From positions 416,001-480,000 of the forward strand of contig CAWFGE010000023.1 of NCBI GenBank assembly GCA_963815195.1: DNA of 64,000 bases, in the 5' to 3' direction. Below the pieces are notes generated by a model. The model saw only the letters and a program-made list of their open reading frames with translations, made no database searches and was not told the DNA's origin. This stretch comes from an uncultured Planctomycetaceae bacterium (GTDB taxonomy: Bacteria; Planctomycetota; Planctomycetia; Planctomycetales; Planctomycetaceae). Of the stretch, positions 21,397-30,189 are shown piece after piece (the first letter of the stretch is position 1; each line of letters begins with the position of its first letter). The position numbers were made by a program, and so were the translations under genes.

Positions 21397-21434
21397 CTTA
21401 GTTTCGTATGAGAAAAATGTGTCCTCGATTCTTT

Positions 21435-21500
21435 GAGCGGCACGGCCCTAGCCGCCGGTTTTTCACGTTCCGCGAACCGGTGGCTAGCGCCATTCCGCTC
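21435..21500. repeat. REP doublet related to family B
   Basis: gagcggcacggccctagccgccggtt / aaccggtggctagcgccattccgctc imperfect IR. Confidence 0.65.
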
Positions 21501-21546
21501 ACATATTTCTCGAATAATCCTTAATTTCGTTTGCAGCGATGAGACC

Positions 21547-21963
21547 ATGGCCTGGTATCAACAGCAGATTCGGTTGCCGGCGTTTTCGCGGGGCTGCCAT
21601 TTGATTACCGAATATGTGGCGGCGATGCCGGAGATTTATGAAATCCGGGTGGGGCTCCTGCATGTGTTTATCCAGCACACCTCGGCGTCGTTGTCTATCA
21701 ACGAGAACGCCGACCCGGATGTGCCGTTGGATTTGGCCTCGTCGCTCGATGCGATCGCCCCGGAGGACTTTCCGTACCGCCACACCTGCGAAGGCCCGGA
21801 CGACATGCCCGCCCACGTGAAAGCCTCGCTGATGGGCAGCTCGGTCACGATCCCCGTTACAGACGGCCGCTTGTGTTTGGGCACCTGGCAAGGCATTTAT
21901 CTGTGCGAGCACCGCAACCACGGCGGCCCGCGGAAATTGGTGCTCACGCTCCAAGGCGAATGA
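21547..21963 (+). CDS. yjbQ: YjbQ family protein (UPF0047)
   Basis: HTSASLSINENADPDV, EGPDDMPAH, LGTWQGIYLCEHR. Confidence 0.93.
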   Translation: MAWYQQQIRLPAFSRGCHLITEYVAAMPEIYEIRVGLLHVFIQHTSASLSINENADPDVPLDLASSLDAIAPEDFPYRHTCEGPDDMPAHVKASLMGSSVTIPVTDGRLCLGTWQGIYLCEHRNHGGPRKLVLTLQGE

Positions 21964-22243
21964 ATATGAGGATAGAGGTTGGAGGGCGGAGGTTAGATTT
22001 CTTCTCCGCTATCCTGCAACTTCCAATCTCTAATCTCATTCCCAATCTCCGACCGACGGCCTCGGAATTAGGAGGGCGGAGCCGAGTAGCCAAGTGGGGT
22101 CCGCTGTGCGGAGCGTTGGGTTTGTCTGCAATGGCGTAAAGGATTTGCAGGATCGTGCGCATTGATGCATGTTCCCTACCGCCACGCAACAAAAACCGTC
22201 CTACTTCACTGTAGGGCATAGGTCCGGCTCCTCCCGCCGGCGC

Positions 22244-22330
22244 TTATTTCAATTTGCGGATCACGCGCATCGGCAGGAAGAGATGGTGTGGATCATCGTC
22301 GAGCGGAACGAAGCCATATTAGAGATAAAA
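22244..22330 (-). pseudogene. Remnant of GNAT acetyltransferase toxin (TacT/AtaT-like) C-terminus
   Basis: Manual translation FYL*YGFVPLDDDPHHLFLPMRVIRKLK*, with an internal stop. Confidence 0.6.
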
Positions 22331-22449
22331 CGGTTCTTCCGGCGAATGAGGGGGGCAACGACGACGGTGTTAAAGAATATCTTGTGTGCTCTTTCACCTC
22401 CCCAAACGGACATCTATCGCGGACCCAAAAACCAGTATGGAAAGATCGC

Positions 22450-22520
22450 CGGCGTTCTCGCGGAGTTCATGAAACTCCTGGGAGCGACGATCGAACACGG
22501 ACGCGGGCGGCGCATTCGAG
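22450..22520 (+). pseudogene. Possible HicA-family toxin remnant
   Basis: FMKLLGATIEHGRGRRIR resembles the HicA LGAEIEEGRGSRVR segment; no intact start or end. Confidence 0.35.
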
Positions 22521-22541
22521 GACAGGCCGAGCCGCGTCTTG

Positions 22542-23489
22542 TCAGGCGGTTCTGGATGATGCCACATCCACGCGGCCGCAGAGGGGTTCCAGGATTCGGC
22601 GGACCTTTTCGCGTTCCGGGGCTTTGAAGCGGTGAAACGGCTCCGCCATGAAGTCGTCGCAAATCTCCAAGAGCGACAGCGCGCACTTGGTGGCTTTGAT
22701 GAACCGGGACGCGTACTTGCCGATGTCATAAATCCGCTGGAGTTCCAGGATGTGCTCGCGGAGAACTGCCACGCGATCGGCATTCGCGCCGGCGGCGGCT
22801 TCGTAACATTGCACGAACAGCTTGGGAAAAATGTTGGCTCCGCCCGCGACGCCGCCGTCGCCGCCGAGCGCGACAGCTTCGGGCAGGAGGTGTTCGGGAC
22901 CGATCATCATCGACCAGTCCGGGCGTTCGGCCTTGAGCAGTAACAACCGTTTGAAATAGTCCAAATCCCCGCCGCTGTCTTTGACGCCGACGATCTGAGG
23001 CAACGCGGCGAGTTCCTTCAGCGTGTCCCATTCGAACCAGACTTTCGTCAGGCTGGGCATGTTGTAGAGCATCAAAGGCAAGGGCAATTCCAGGGCGATG
23101 TGCTCGATGTAGCACCTGAGTTCCGTCTGCCCCGCCGGGAAATAATAAGGCGTGGACAAGACGACCGCGGCCGCCCCGGCGTCGGCGGCGACCTCGGCAA
23201 GATGCACCGATTCCACGAACGCTGTGTCCGTGATACCCACAAGCACGGGCACCCGCTGTTGAACCAACTCGCAGACCCGCCCGATGAGATCGCACCGCAG
23301 GCGGTAGCTCAAACTCGGCGCTTCACCCGTGGTGCCCAAAATGAACAACCCCGAAACGCCGCCCCCCAACACGTGTTCGATCAGCCGTTCCAAGCCGGCT
23401 TCGTCGAGCGCATCGCGATCGGTCAACGGCGTCACCAGCGGAGGGATCACCCCCCGAAACAAGGGCTTTGGATTTGGTTCGTGACTCAC
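22542..23489 (-). CDS. Dihydrodipicolinate synthase (DapA/NanA) family aldolase
   Basis: [20 protein letters not shown], Schiff-base GVKDSGG. Confidence 0.9.
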   Translation of the reverse strand: MSHEPNPKPLFRGVIPPLVTPLTDRDALDEAGLERLIEHVLGGGVSGLFILGTTGEAPSLSYRLRCDLIGRVCELVQQRVPVLVGITDTAFVESVHLAEVAADAGAAAVVLSTPYYFPAGQTELRCYIEHIALELPLPLMLYNMPSLTKVWFEWDTLKELAALPQIVGVKDSGGDLDYFKRLLLLKAERPDWSMMIGPEHLLPEAVALGGDGGVAGGANIFPKLFVQCYEAAAGANADRVAVLREHILELQRIYDIGKYASRFIKATKCALSLLEICDDFMAEPFHRFKAPEREKVRRILEPLCGRVDVASSRTA

Positions 23490-23689
23490 GGCGGCGAACT
23501 TTCTAGTGCTTGACAGAGGGAGAGAGGACGACCATCATCCTAAGAAGTGAGCCATGCCACGCATGGCCGGCGGCTATGCCCGAGCCGCTCACTTTTGGTT
23601 TGGCCTTTCAATGTAAGGTCCGAAAACCCGGTTCGACAAGTCCCAATCGTCCGACCGGCCGGTTCCCGCATCAAAAGGAACACGCTCTG

Positions 23690-25145
23690 ATGTTATCTCG
23701 CATCTTCGTTCTGTTCGGCACAATCGGACTATTTCTCCTCGCCGCGATTGCCCAGGCCGACGAGCGGCCCAACGTCTTGTTTATCGCCGTGGACGACATG
23801 CGGGTGGAATTGGGATGTTACGGCGATACTTACGTGCAATCGCCCCACATCGACCGCCTCGCGTCCGAGGGGACGCTGTTTAACCGGGCCTACTGCCAGC
23901 AGGCGGTGTGCAATCCATCGCGGGCTTCGCTGCTGACGGGGCTCCGATTGGATACGATCGACATTTGGGATCTGCCCACGCACTTTCGCGAGCATCGTCC
24001 CGACGTCGTCACGCTTGCCGCAGTTGTTCAAGCAGCAGGGCTACTTCACGCAGAACATCGGCAAGATTTTCCACAACTGGCGGCAGGATGCTTACAAAGG
24101 CGATCCTGCTTCGTGGAGCGTGCCCGCGGTGATGCACTACAACAGCCACGGCAACGACAAAGCCCAGGTCAAAGGCCCGTTGCCGCCCGATCTCGCCGGC
24201 GTTCCCCGTTGCGAAATGCGGGACGTGCCGGACGAGGCTTATTTCGACGGCCGGATTGCCGAGAAAGCGATGGACGCCTTGCGGACATTCAAAGCCGACA
24301 ATCGGCCGTTCTTTTTAGCCGTCGGTTTTTGGAAGCCCCATGCCCAGTTCAATCCGCCGAAGAAGTATTGGGATCTCTACAAGCGGGAGGACATCAAGCC
24401 GCCGGCGAATCCCGATCCGCCGGCGAACGTGCCCGCGATGGCGCTCCATGACAGCCGGGAGATTTGCCGGGGGTTCAAAGATCGGCCGGGCGGAAAACCC
24501 ACCGCCCAGGACGCGCAGGTGCTTCGGCACGGTTACTACGCGGCCATCAGTTATGTCGATGCCCAGGTCGGCAAGGTGATCGAGGAATTGGGCCGTTTGG
24601 GCCTGCGGAAGAACACGATCGTCGTCTTCTGGTCCGATCATGGCTACCACCTGGGCGAGCACGGCCTGTGGGCGAAGACTTCGAACTTTGAACTCGACGC
24701 CCGCGTGCCGCTGATCATCAGCACGCCCAATCACAAACCGGGACAGCGGAGCGATTCGCTCGTGGAGTTATTGGATCTGTATCCCACGCTGGCGGACCTG
24801 TGCGGGTTAAGGGCTCCCAACGATCTGGAAGGCAAAAGCCTGAAGCCGATCTTGGAAGACCCCGGAGCCCAGGTAAAACAGGCGGCCCTCACGCAGCACG
24901 GCCGGCCCGCCTATCCTGCCGCCGGCGAAAACCCGGAGGCGATGGGCTATTCCCTCCGCACCGACCGCTATCGCTACACCGAATGGCGCGAGTTTCGCGG
25001 CAAGAAAATCCTGGCCCGCGAACTCTACGACCATCAAACCGATCCCCGCGAGACAAAAAACCTCGCGGACCAACGCGACCGCCGAGCCGTCATCGAGCAA
25101 CTGCACCGGCAGTTGTCGGAGATTGTCGATCGCAAGCTTAAGTGA
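23690..25145 (+). CDS. Secreted sulfatase (iduronate-2-sulfatase-like), frameshift near 24015
   Basis: [20 protein letters not shown] (CxPxR), [21 protein letters not shown]; one extra base joins the two ORFs. Confidence 0.9.
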
Positions 25146-25359
25146 TCTCTTTCATCGGGCGGATTGTGGGAGCGGGGAGTTCGCGGCCCGAGTTTTGGAA
25201 ATCGTCGATCACTTCTTCCAAAACTTCTTCCAACTCTCGATAAACCTGCACCGGATCGTCGCCGTGAATTCCGGTGATCAGATCCGGGCACTTGCCGATA
25301 TAGACCTGCTCTTCCTCGCTCCATTCGACCCATTTGTGGTACTGGTCGATCGTCTTCAC
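25138..25359 (-). CDS. hicB: HicB-family antitoxin, short form
   Basis: [23 protein letters not shown]...GRELPAP; directly downstream of and overlapping hicA. Confidence 0.8.
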   Translation of the reverse strand: MKTIDQYHKWVEWSEEEQVYIGKCPDLITGIHGDDPVQVYRELEEVLEEVIDDFQNSGRELPAPTIRPMKEIT

Positions 25360-25559
25360 TCTTGAACCTCTTGTATCGCCTGTTTGACCTGTTTTTCCTG
25401 ATAGTGCTTTGCGTCATCGCCATCTTTACCGCTGAGGGTCACGGCCCGCGGATAATCTCGGTGAGTGAATTTCCGGTGCGAGCCCTTGCCCGCACCGGAA
25501 ATCTGCTTAAAACCCGCATCCTCCAAATCTTTGACCAGTTCTCGAATCTTCCTGGCCAT
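25356..25559 (-). CDS. hicA: HicA-family mRNA interferase toxin
   Basis: RELVKDLEDAGF...GKGSHRKFTH...VTLSG. Confidence 0.88.
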   Translation of the reverse strand: MARKIRELVKDLEDAGFKQISGAGKGSHRKFTHRDYPRAVTLSGKDGDDAKHYQEKQVKQAIQEVQE

Positions 25560-25631
25560 CTAAGTTTCCCCTGACGAACCGGCAATTCTCTGTCGTCGGT
25601 TATTTGACTTTATCTTCCGCAATTATCCGGA

Positions 25632-26213
25632 TCAATCTTCCTCCATTTCCCGGCGGCGCGGGCGGCGGGATTGCGGGGGCGGGCGTCTTCGGCGGCGGGG
25701 CGTTTCGTCCCAGTCGTCGCGGTCGTCGTGTTCCCGCGGTCGCCTGCGGCGGCGGGGCGGGCGATCGTAGTCGTCCTCTTCCTCATCGTAATCCACTTCC
25801 GCCTCGCGAAGCGGGCCGCCGCTCGCCAGGTTGAGAATTCCGCCCACGATCATCACCACGCTCGATCCCAGCGCGAGCCAGGCCCCCGCGCCGATTCCCG
25901 TGGGAATGTGTCGACCGGAGACAATCACCGGCTCGCTGTTATAGAGGATGAAATACAGCGTTAATCCGGAAGAGAGAACGCAAAGCACCAACTGGACGAT
26001 GCCCAGGGCGAGCCAACCCCGCCCCGAGATCCAAACCGCGGCCAGGAGCCCTATCGCCAGCAGCATGCAAACCACCGCCGCCACGGATTCCGCACCTTGC
26101 CAGCCGTTTTCCTCCAAGGGAAATTCGCCCGCACCCCAGAACCAGGTGAGAAAGGAGGCCAGCAAAACGCCCGCCCCGCCGACGATCGAAACAATTCGGC
26201 CCGCCAGAAGCAT
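25632..26213 (-). CDS. Hypothetical 4-TM membrane protein with acidic/Arg-rich tail
   Basis: Four hydrophobic helices, then [21 protein letters not shown]... Confidence 0.7.
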   Translation of the reverse strand: MLLAGRIVSIVGGAGVLLASFLTWFWGAGEFPLEENGWQGAESVAAVVCMLLAIGLLAAVWISGRGWLALGIVQLVLCVLSSGLTLYFILYNSEPVIVSGRHIPTGIGAGAWLALGSSVVMIVGGILNLASGGPLREAEVDYDEEEDDYDRPPRRRRRPREHDDRDDWDETPRRRRRPPPQSRRPRRREMEED

Positions 26214-26327
26214 CACGCGGCTCCAGACCTCAAAAACGAATTGGAACGAAAGCTCTCGCGTTATGTCGATGAACACGTCAACATCCGGATTGTACACCGC
26301 CTGATCGCCGAAACGAAGCGCGAAAAA

Positions 26328-26750
26328 TCATGACTCGCGGCGCGGCGGGCGTTTGGGCGAAAGCGGTTTCTCCTCGCTCAATTCGCTCAACAGCCGGCGG
26401 AGGGAGTCGCATTCGTCGGCGGTGAGGCCGCGGGTCTCGACGAGGTGCATCAACAAAGGCGACAGCGATCCGCCGCACAAATCGTCCGCCGTCGATTGCA
26501 GCCGGCGGCCGATGAGTTCCTCGCGGCTCAGCGTGGCGGTGTAGGTGTGCGGCCAGACGTTCCGGTTCTGCGAAACGCAGCCTTTGCCTTCGAGCCGTTT
26601 GAGGAGCTTTTGGACCGTCGCCAATTCCGACTCGCGAACGGTCTCGTAAAGCTCTTCGGTAATCTCCCGCACCGTCGCCTGCTCGCGTTCCCATAACACT
26701 CGCAGAATCGCAAGCTCGGCATCGGTGACGTGTTGAGGTTTTCGCGGCAT
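26328..26750 (-). CDS. BlaI/MecI/CopY family transcriptional repressor
   Basis: TDAELAILRVLWE...ATVREI...TVQKLLKRLEGKG; GGSLSPLLMHLV. Confidence 0.92.
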   Translation of the reverse strand: MPRKPQHVTDAELAILRVLWEREQATVREITEELYETVRESELATVQKLLKRLEGKGCVSQNRNVWPHTYTATLSREELIGRRLQSTADDLCGGSLSPLLMHLVETRGLTADECDSLRRLLSELSEEKPLSPKRPPRRES

Positions 26751-26849
26751 GAACGGCCCGGATGACAAACAAGAGAGGAGAAGCTTCGGGGAGGTATGGA
26801 TGCAGGAGGCGAGTTTATCCTACCGAAAGGGCAGGTGGATATGCAATTA

Positions 26850-27033
26850 CTCAAACTGTAAGTGGTTGGGTGGCTGGGGCGCAAATCCCCCTTTGAGTAA
26901 AGCTTGAATTGCGAATGCTGGGGCTGTGACGGGCGAGAAAAATCTCACACGGCCCCAGATCTTAAATCGCTTTTTTCCTCGGAACATTCCTTTGCGCCCA
27001 GCCACCCCCTCCACTTTTGGCTTATGGTTTGAG
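26850..27033 (+). mobile_element. MITE-like element, copy 1
   Basis: TIR ctcaaactgtaag / cttatggtttgag, inner IR gggtggctggggcg / cgcccagccaccc; colinear with 36957-37141. Confidence 0.8.
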
Positions 27034-27078
27034 CAATGACAGCAGTGATAGCGAGCTCTCCCCATCTCCCCATTTCGC

Positions 27079-27357
27079 TCAGCCGCCGGAGATCGGGGAC
27101 AGGATCGTCAGCACGTCGCGGTCTTGCAATTCGCGTGAATCATCCCAGCGGATTTGCGAATCGCCCACGAACAGCAGAATCGAAGGATGCAACTGTCCGC
27201 GGCCGTTGAACAAGAGCGCCCGAGCGGCTCGCCGTGCCTGTCGACGATCCGCGCGAGCAGAATCCTGCACGGTGCAGGAGGTGTCGCATTCAAACGTCTC
27301 GCTGGCCCGGCCGGCCGCCCGCTTGATTTGAGCTGCATACTCGACGGTAATCTGCAT
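27079..27357 (-). CDS. moaD: MoaD/ThiS family sulfur carrier, two compensating indels
   Basis: MQITVEYAAQIKRAAG..., C-terminal ILSPISGG; middle segment LLARIVDRHGEPL lies in another frame. Confidence 0.85.
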   Translation of the reverse strand: MQITVEYAAQIKRAAGRASETFECDTSCTVQDSARADRRQARRAARALLFNGRGQLHPSILLFVGDSQIRWDDSRELQDRDVLTILSPISGG

Positions 27358-27420
27358 GGTTCTATTTCCTGGATTTCTATGAAAACCGAAGAGGCGAGGC
27401 GGACGAAGCTTCATTCGGGC

Positions 27421-27457
27421 CCCTCACCCTAACCCTCTCCCCCAAGGGGAGAGGGGA
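27421..27457. repeat. REP-like palindrome (ccctcaccctaaccctctccc...ggagagggga type)
   Basis: Hairpin-forming intergenic motif between modB and moaD. Confidence 0.65.
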
Positions 27458-27465
27458 CCAGAATT

Positions 27466-28324
27466 TCAAAACCCCAGGTTGCGGTCGCCCCAGGTGCGGG
27501 CGATGACGAGCACCGTCACCGCGGCGAGCACCATAATCAAGGACACCGCGACCGCGGCTTCGAGGTTCCCGATACTTAGTTCCAAAAATACGGTTGTGGA
27601 GAGGACCTCCGTTTTGTTCCGCGTGGCCCCGGCGAACACCAGGAGCGGCCCGAACTCGCCCAGCGACCTCGCCCACGCCAGCGTCGCCGCCGTGAGCATA
27701 CCCTGTCCCGCCTCTGGCAACACGACCATCCCGAACGCCTGCGCCCGGGTGCAGCCCAGGGTCAAAGCCACCTGCTCGTGGCGGGGATCGATCTGATCGA
27801 AGGTGTGCCGCATCGTCCGCACGGCGAACGCGGCCGCGACCATGAACTGCGCGAGGATGACCGCGGGGATTTGATAGACCACGCTCCGGCTGATGAGGCT
27901 GAACGGCGGAAATTGAAACAGGATCAACAAACTCAACCCCACCACCAAAGGCGGGAGGACAATGGGAATATCCAGAATCGCATCCATCAGATTCCGGCCG
28001 GGAAAACGATACCGCGACAGCAAATACCCAATCGGCACCGCGACCCACACCGACAAAATCGCCGTCACCGTGCAGGAAATCAGGCTGAGCTTGATCGAGT
28101 ATTGGATCTCCGGCTTCCGCAAGGCGTCCAGCATCGGAGCGACGCGCGCTCCACGCCCCGCTCGAATCGTCCGCCATGACCATATAGGCCACGTCCGCAA
28201 TCATCAGGCCCACGAGCAGGACCACATAGGTCCCGCCGATCACGCCGAGCACCAAAAAGAACGGCACGTCCGAGCCGACTTTGTGCTCGGAGGACATGTC
28301 AGGCTTGACGATCGGGTCAGGCAT
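27466..28324 (-). CDS. modB: Molybdate ABC transporter permease, frameshift near 28140
   Basis: DIPIVLPPLVVGLSLL, EQVALTLG (EAA loop), WARSLGEFG. Confidence 0.88.
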
Positions 28325-28357
28325 GTGTCGTCAATAAAACGGGGCGGAAACGGGACG

Positions 28358-29940
28358 CTATTGGGGGAGATCTCGCAAGCGCCAGTTGAAACCGACGGCT
28401 TCGAATTTGTCGCGGGAGCGGGCAATGGCCTGGTACAGCCGGCCCGCGAGGTGCTTTTTCTCGCTGGTCTTGGCGATGCTGTAAGGCTGGATGGCTTTGG
28501 CGCCCGGCGAATGGAGGGGAATGATCTGCAGCTTATCCTTCTCGGCCTGGCAGTCGGTGTTGTAGGCGAGCGTGGCATCCGCGGTCGGGGTGGCGTTGTC
28601 GGAGGCAATGACGCTCGAGAGCAAGAGTGCCGAGGACGTGACTTCCGCCACGATGTTTCTGTTCTTTTCGATCTCGTCGAGAACGCCTTCGTCTTCGAGA
28701 AGCTTTCGCGTCAACACGCCGATCGTGCACTGCTGCGGCTGACCCACGACCAGCCGCACGCCGGGCTTGGCGATGTCTTGGATCGAGCGGATGTTTTTCG
28801 GATTGTCTTTGGGGACGGCGATCACGATGTCGGTGTCCGAAATGTTGATCCCCGGCTGAAACCAGTCCTTGACCGTATTCAGATAATACACGTCGCAGGC
28901 CATAAAGATGTCGGGGAAGCCCCGCTTGGGGTCCTGGTCTTTGATGATCTTCATATCGCCGGTGAGGATTCCGCAGCCGTTGAACTTCGTGTTGACCGTC
29001 ACGCCTTCGCGGATTTGAAACTCCCGGAGGATCGGTTCCAAGGCCCGGCGGTTCACGGAGCCGGCGTAGAACGTGAGTTCGGGATGCTCCTCCCACACAT
29101 CGCCCTCGACGACTTCGAAACCTTTCTCTTCGAACACCTTGAGCCCTTTGTCCCGCGCCGGCGTAGCGGGCGAACTTGAGGGCGGCGGTGGGGTTCTCGG
29201 AGCTGGTCAAAACGCCGATGGTGATGCGGCCCGTGCCTGCGTCGAGTTCTTTGGTGCGGACTGCTTTTAATGTCGGGTATTGGGCGGCGGTGGCGTCCCA
29301 GACGATCGCCGCATCGACGCTGCCGACTTTGACGGCGTTGGCCGTTTCGGGCACGGTGGGCAGAAACACGCCGCCTTTGTTTGTCACGTGTTTCTCCAAC
29401 TTCGTCCCAATGGCCGCTGGCTTTGAGCACTTTCCGCGTCTTGCGGCCGATGGCGGCCTGATCGGGATTGCCGAGGGCCGTGCGGACATCGTCCCGCAGC
29501 AAATCGTCGATGCCTTTGATTTGCTTCGGGTTGTCTTTGGGGACCAGAATCACCGGCCGCATTTTCGCGAGCGGGATGTCTTCTTTCACCAGGTGCCGTT
29601 CCCGGGCGGTTTTGATGTAGCTCTCGTCCGCCGCGAGGTACAAGTCGCCGACGTTCGCAATCCCGAGTTGCTCGAGCAGCGTTTCGGATCCGCCATATTG
29701 CAAGTCGATCCGCACGCCGAATTCTTTTTCGTACTGTTTGGCGATGGGCTCCATCGCCGGCCGGATCCCGGCGGCACAATACAAGCTCAGTTGCCGGGCG
29801 GCGGTTTTCCCGGAATCGGACGCGGGGGCTTCCCGGTCGGCCATGCTGTATAACATCCAGCCCAAAAGGCAGAGCACGACCGCCGAAGCCCCGACCCAGA
29901 CGACCAAACCGTTCATTGCAACGGGACGATTATTCGACAT
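28358..29940 (-). CDS. modA: Molybdate-binding protein with two tandem ModA domains, frameshifts near 29400 and 29160
   Basis: Domain 1 LYCAAGIRPAM...QYGGSETL...DLYLAAD; domain 2 TFYAGSVNRRAL...FNGCGIL...DIFMACD. Confidence 0.82.
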
Positions 29941-30189
29941 GAGGAGATTCCACTGTGAAGTTGTTGAATGCCGCTTCTTTTCATCGTATCCGGTCGGCGG
30001 CAAACTACAACCGCGCCGGCCGCAAGTTAAGGTTTGGCGAAGGGGTCTGATGAACAGAGGTGGATTCCATCGCGTGGCGACAGTTGGCCTCGGTTTCGCG
30101 ATACCGTTCGATTGGCTATGGGTGCGTATTCGAGCGGGTTTGTGTAATCTAATAGATCAACTGATGTTGTTTTTTGGGAGGAGCCACAC

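Noticed and set aside
22078..22160. tRNA-like start (gccgagtagccaagtgg) and a ctgcaa loop
   Set aside because: No T-arm GTTCRA motif, acceptor stem or cloverleaf could be formed
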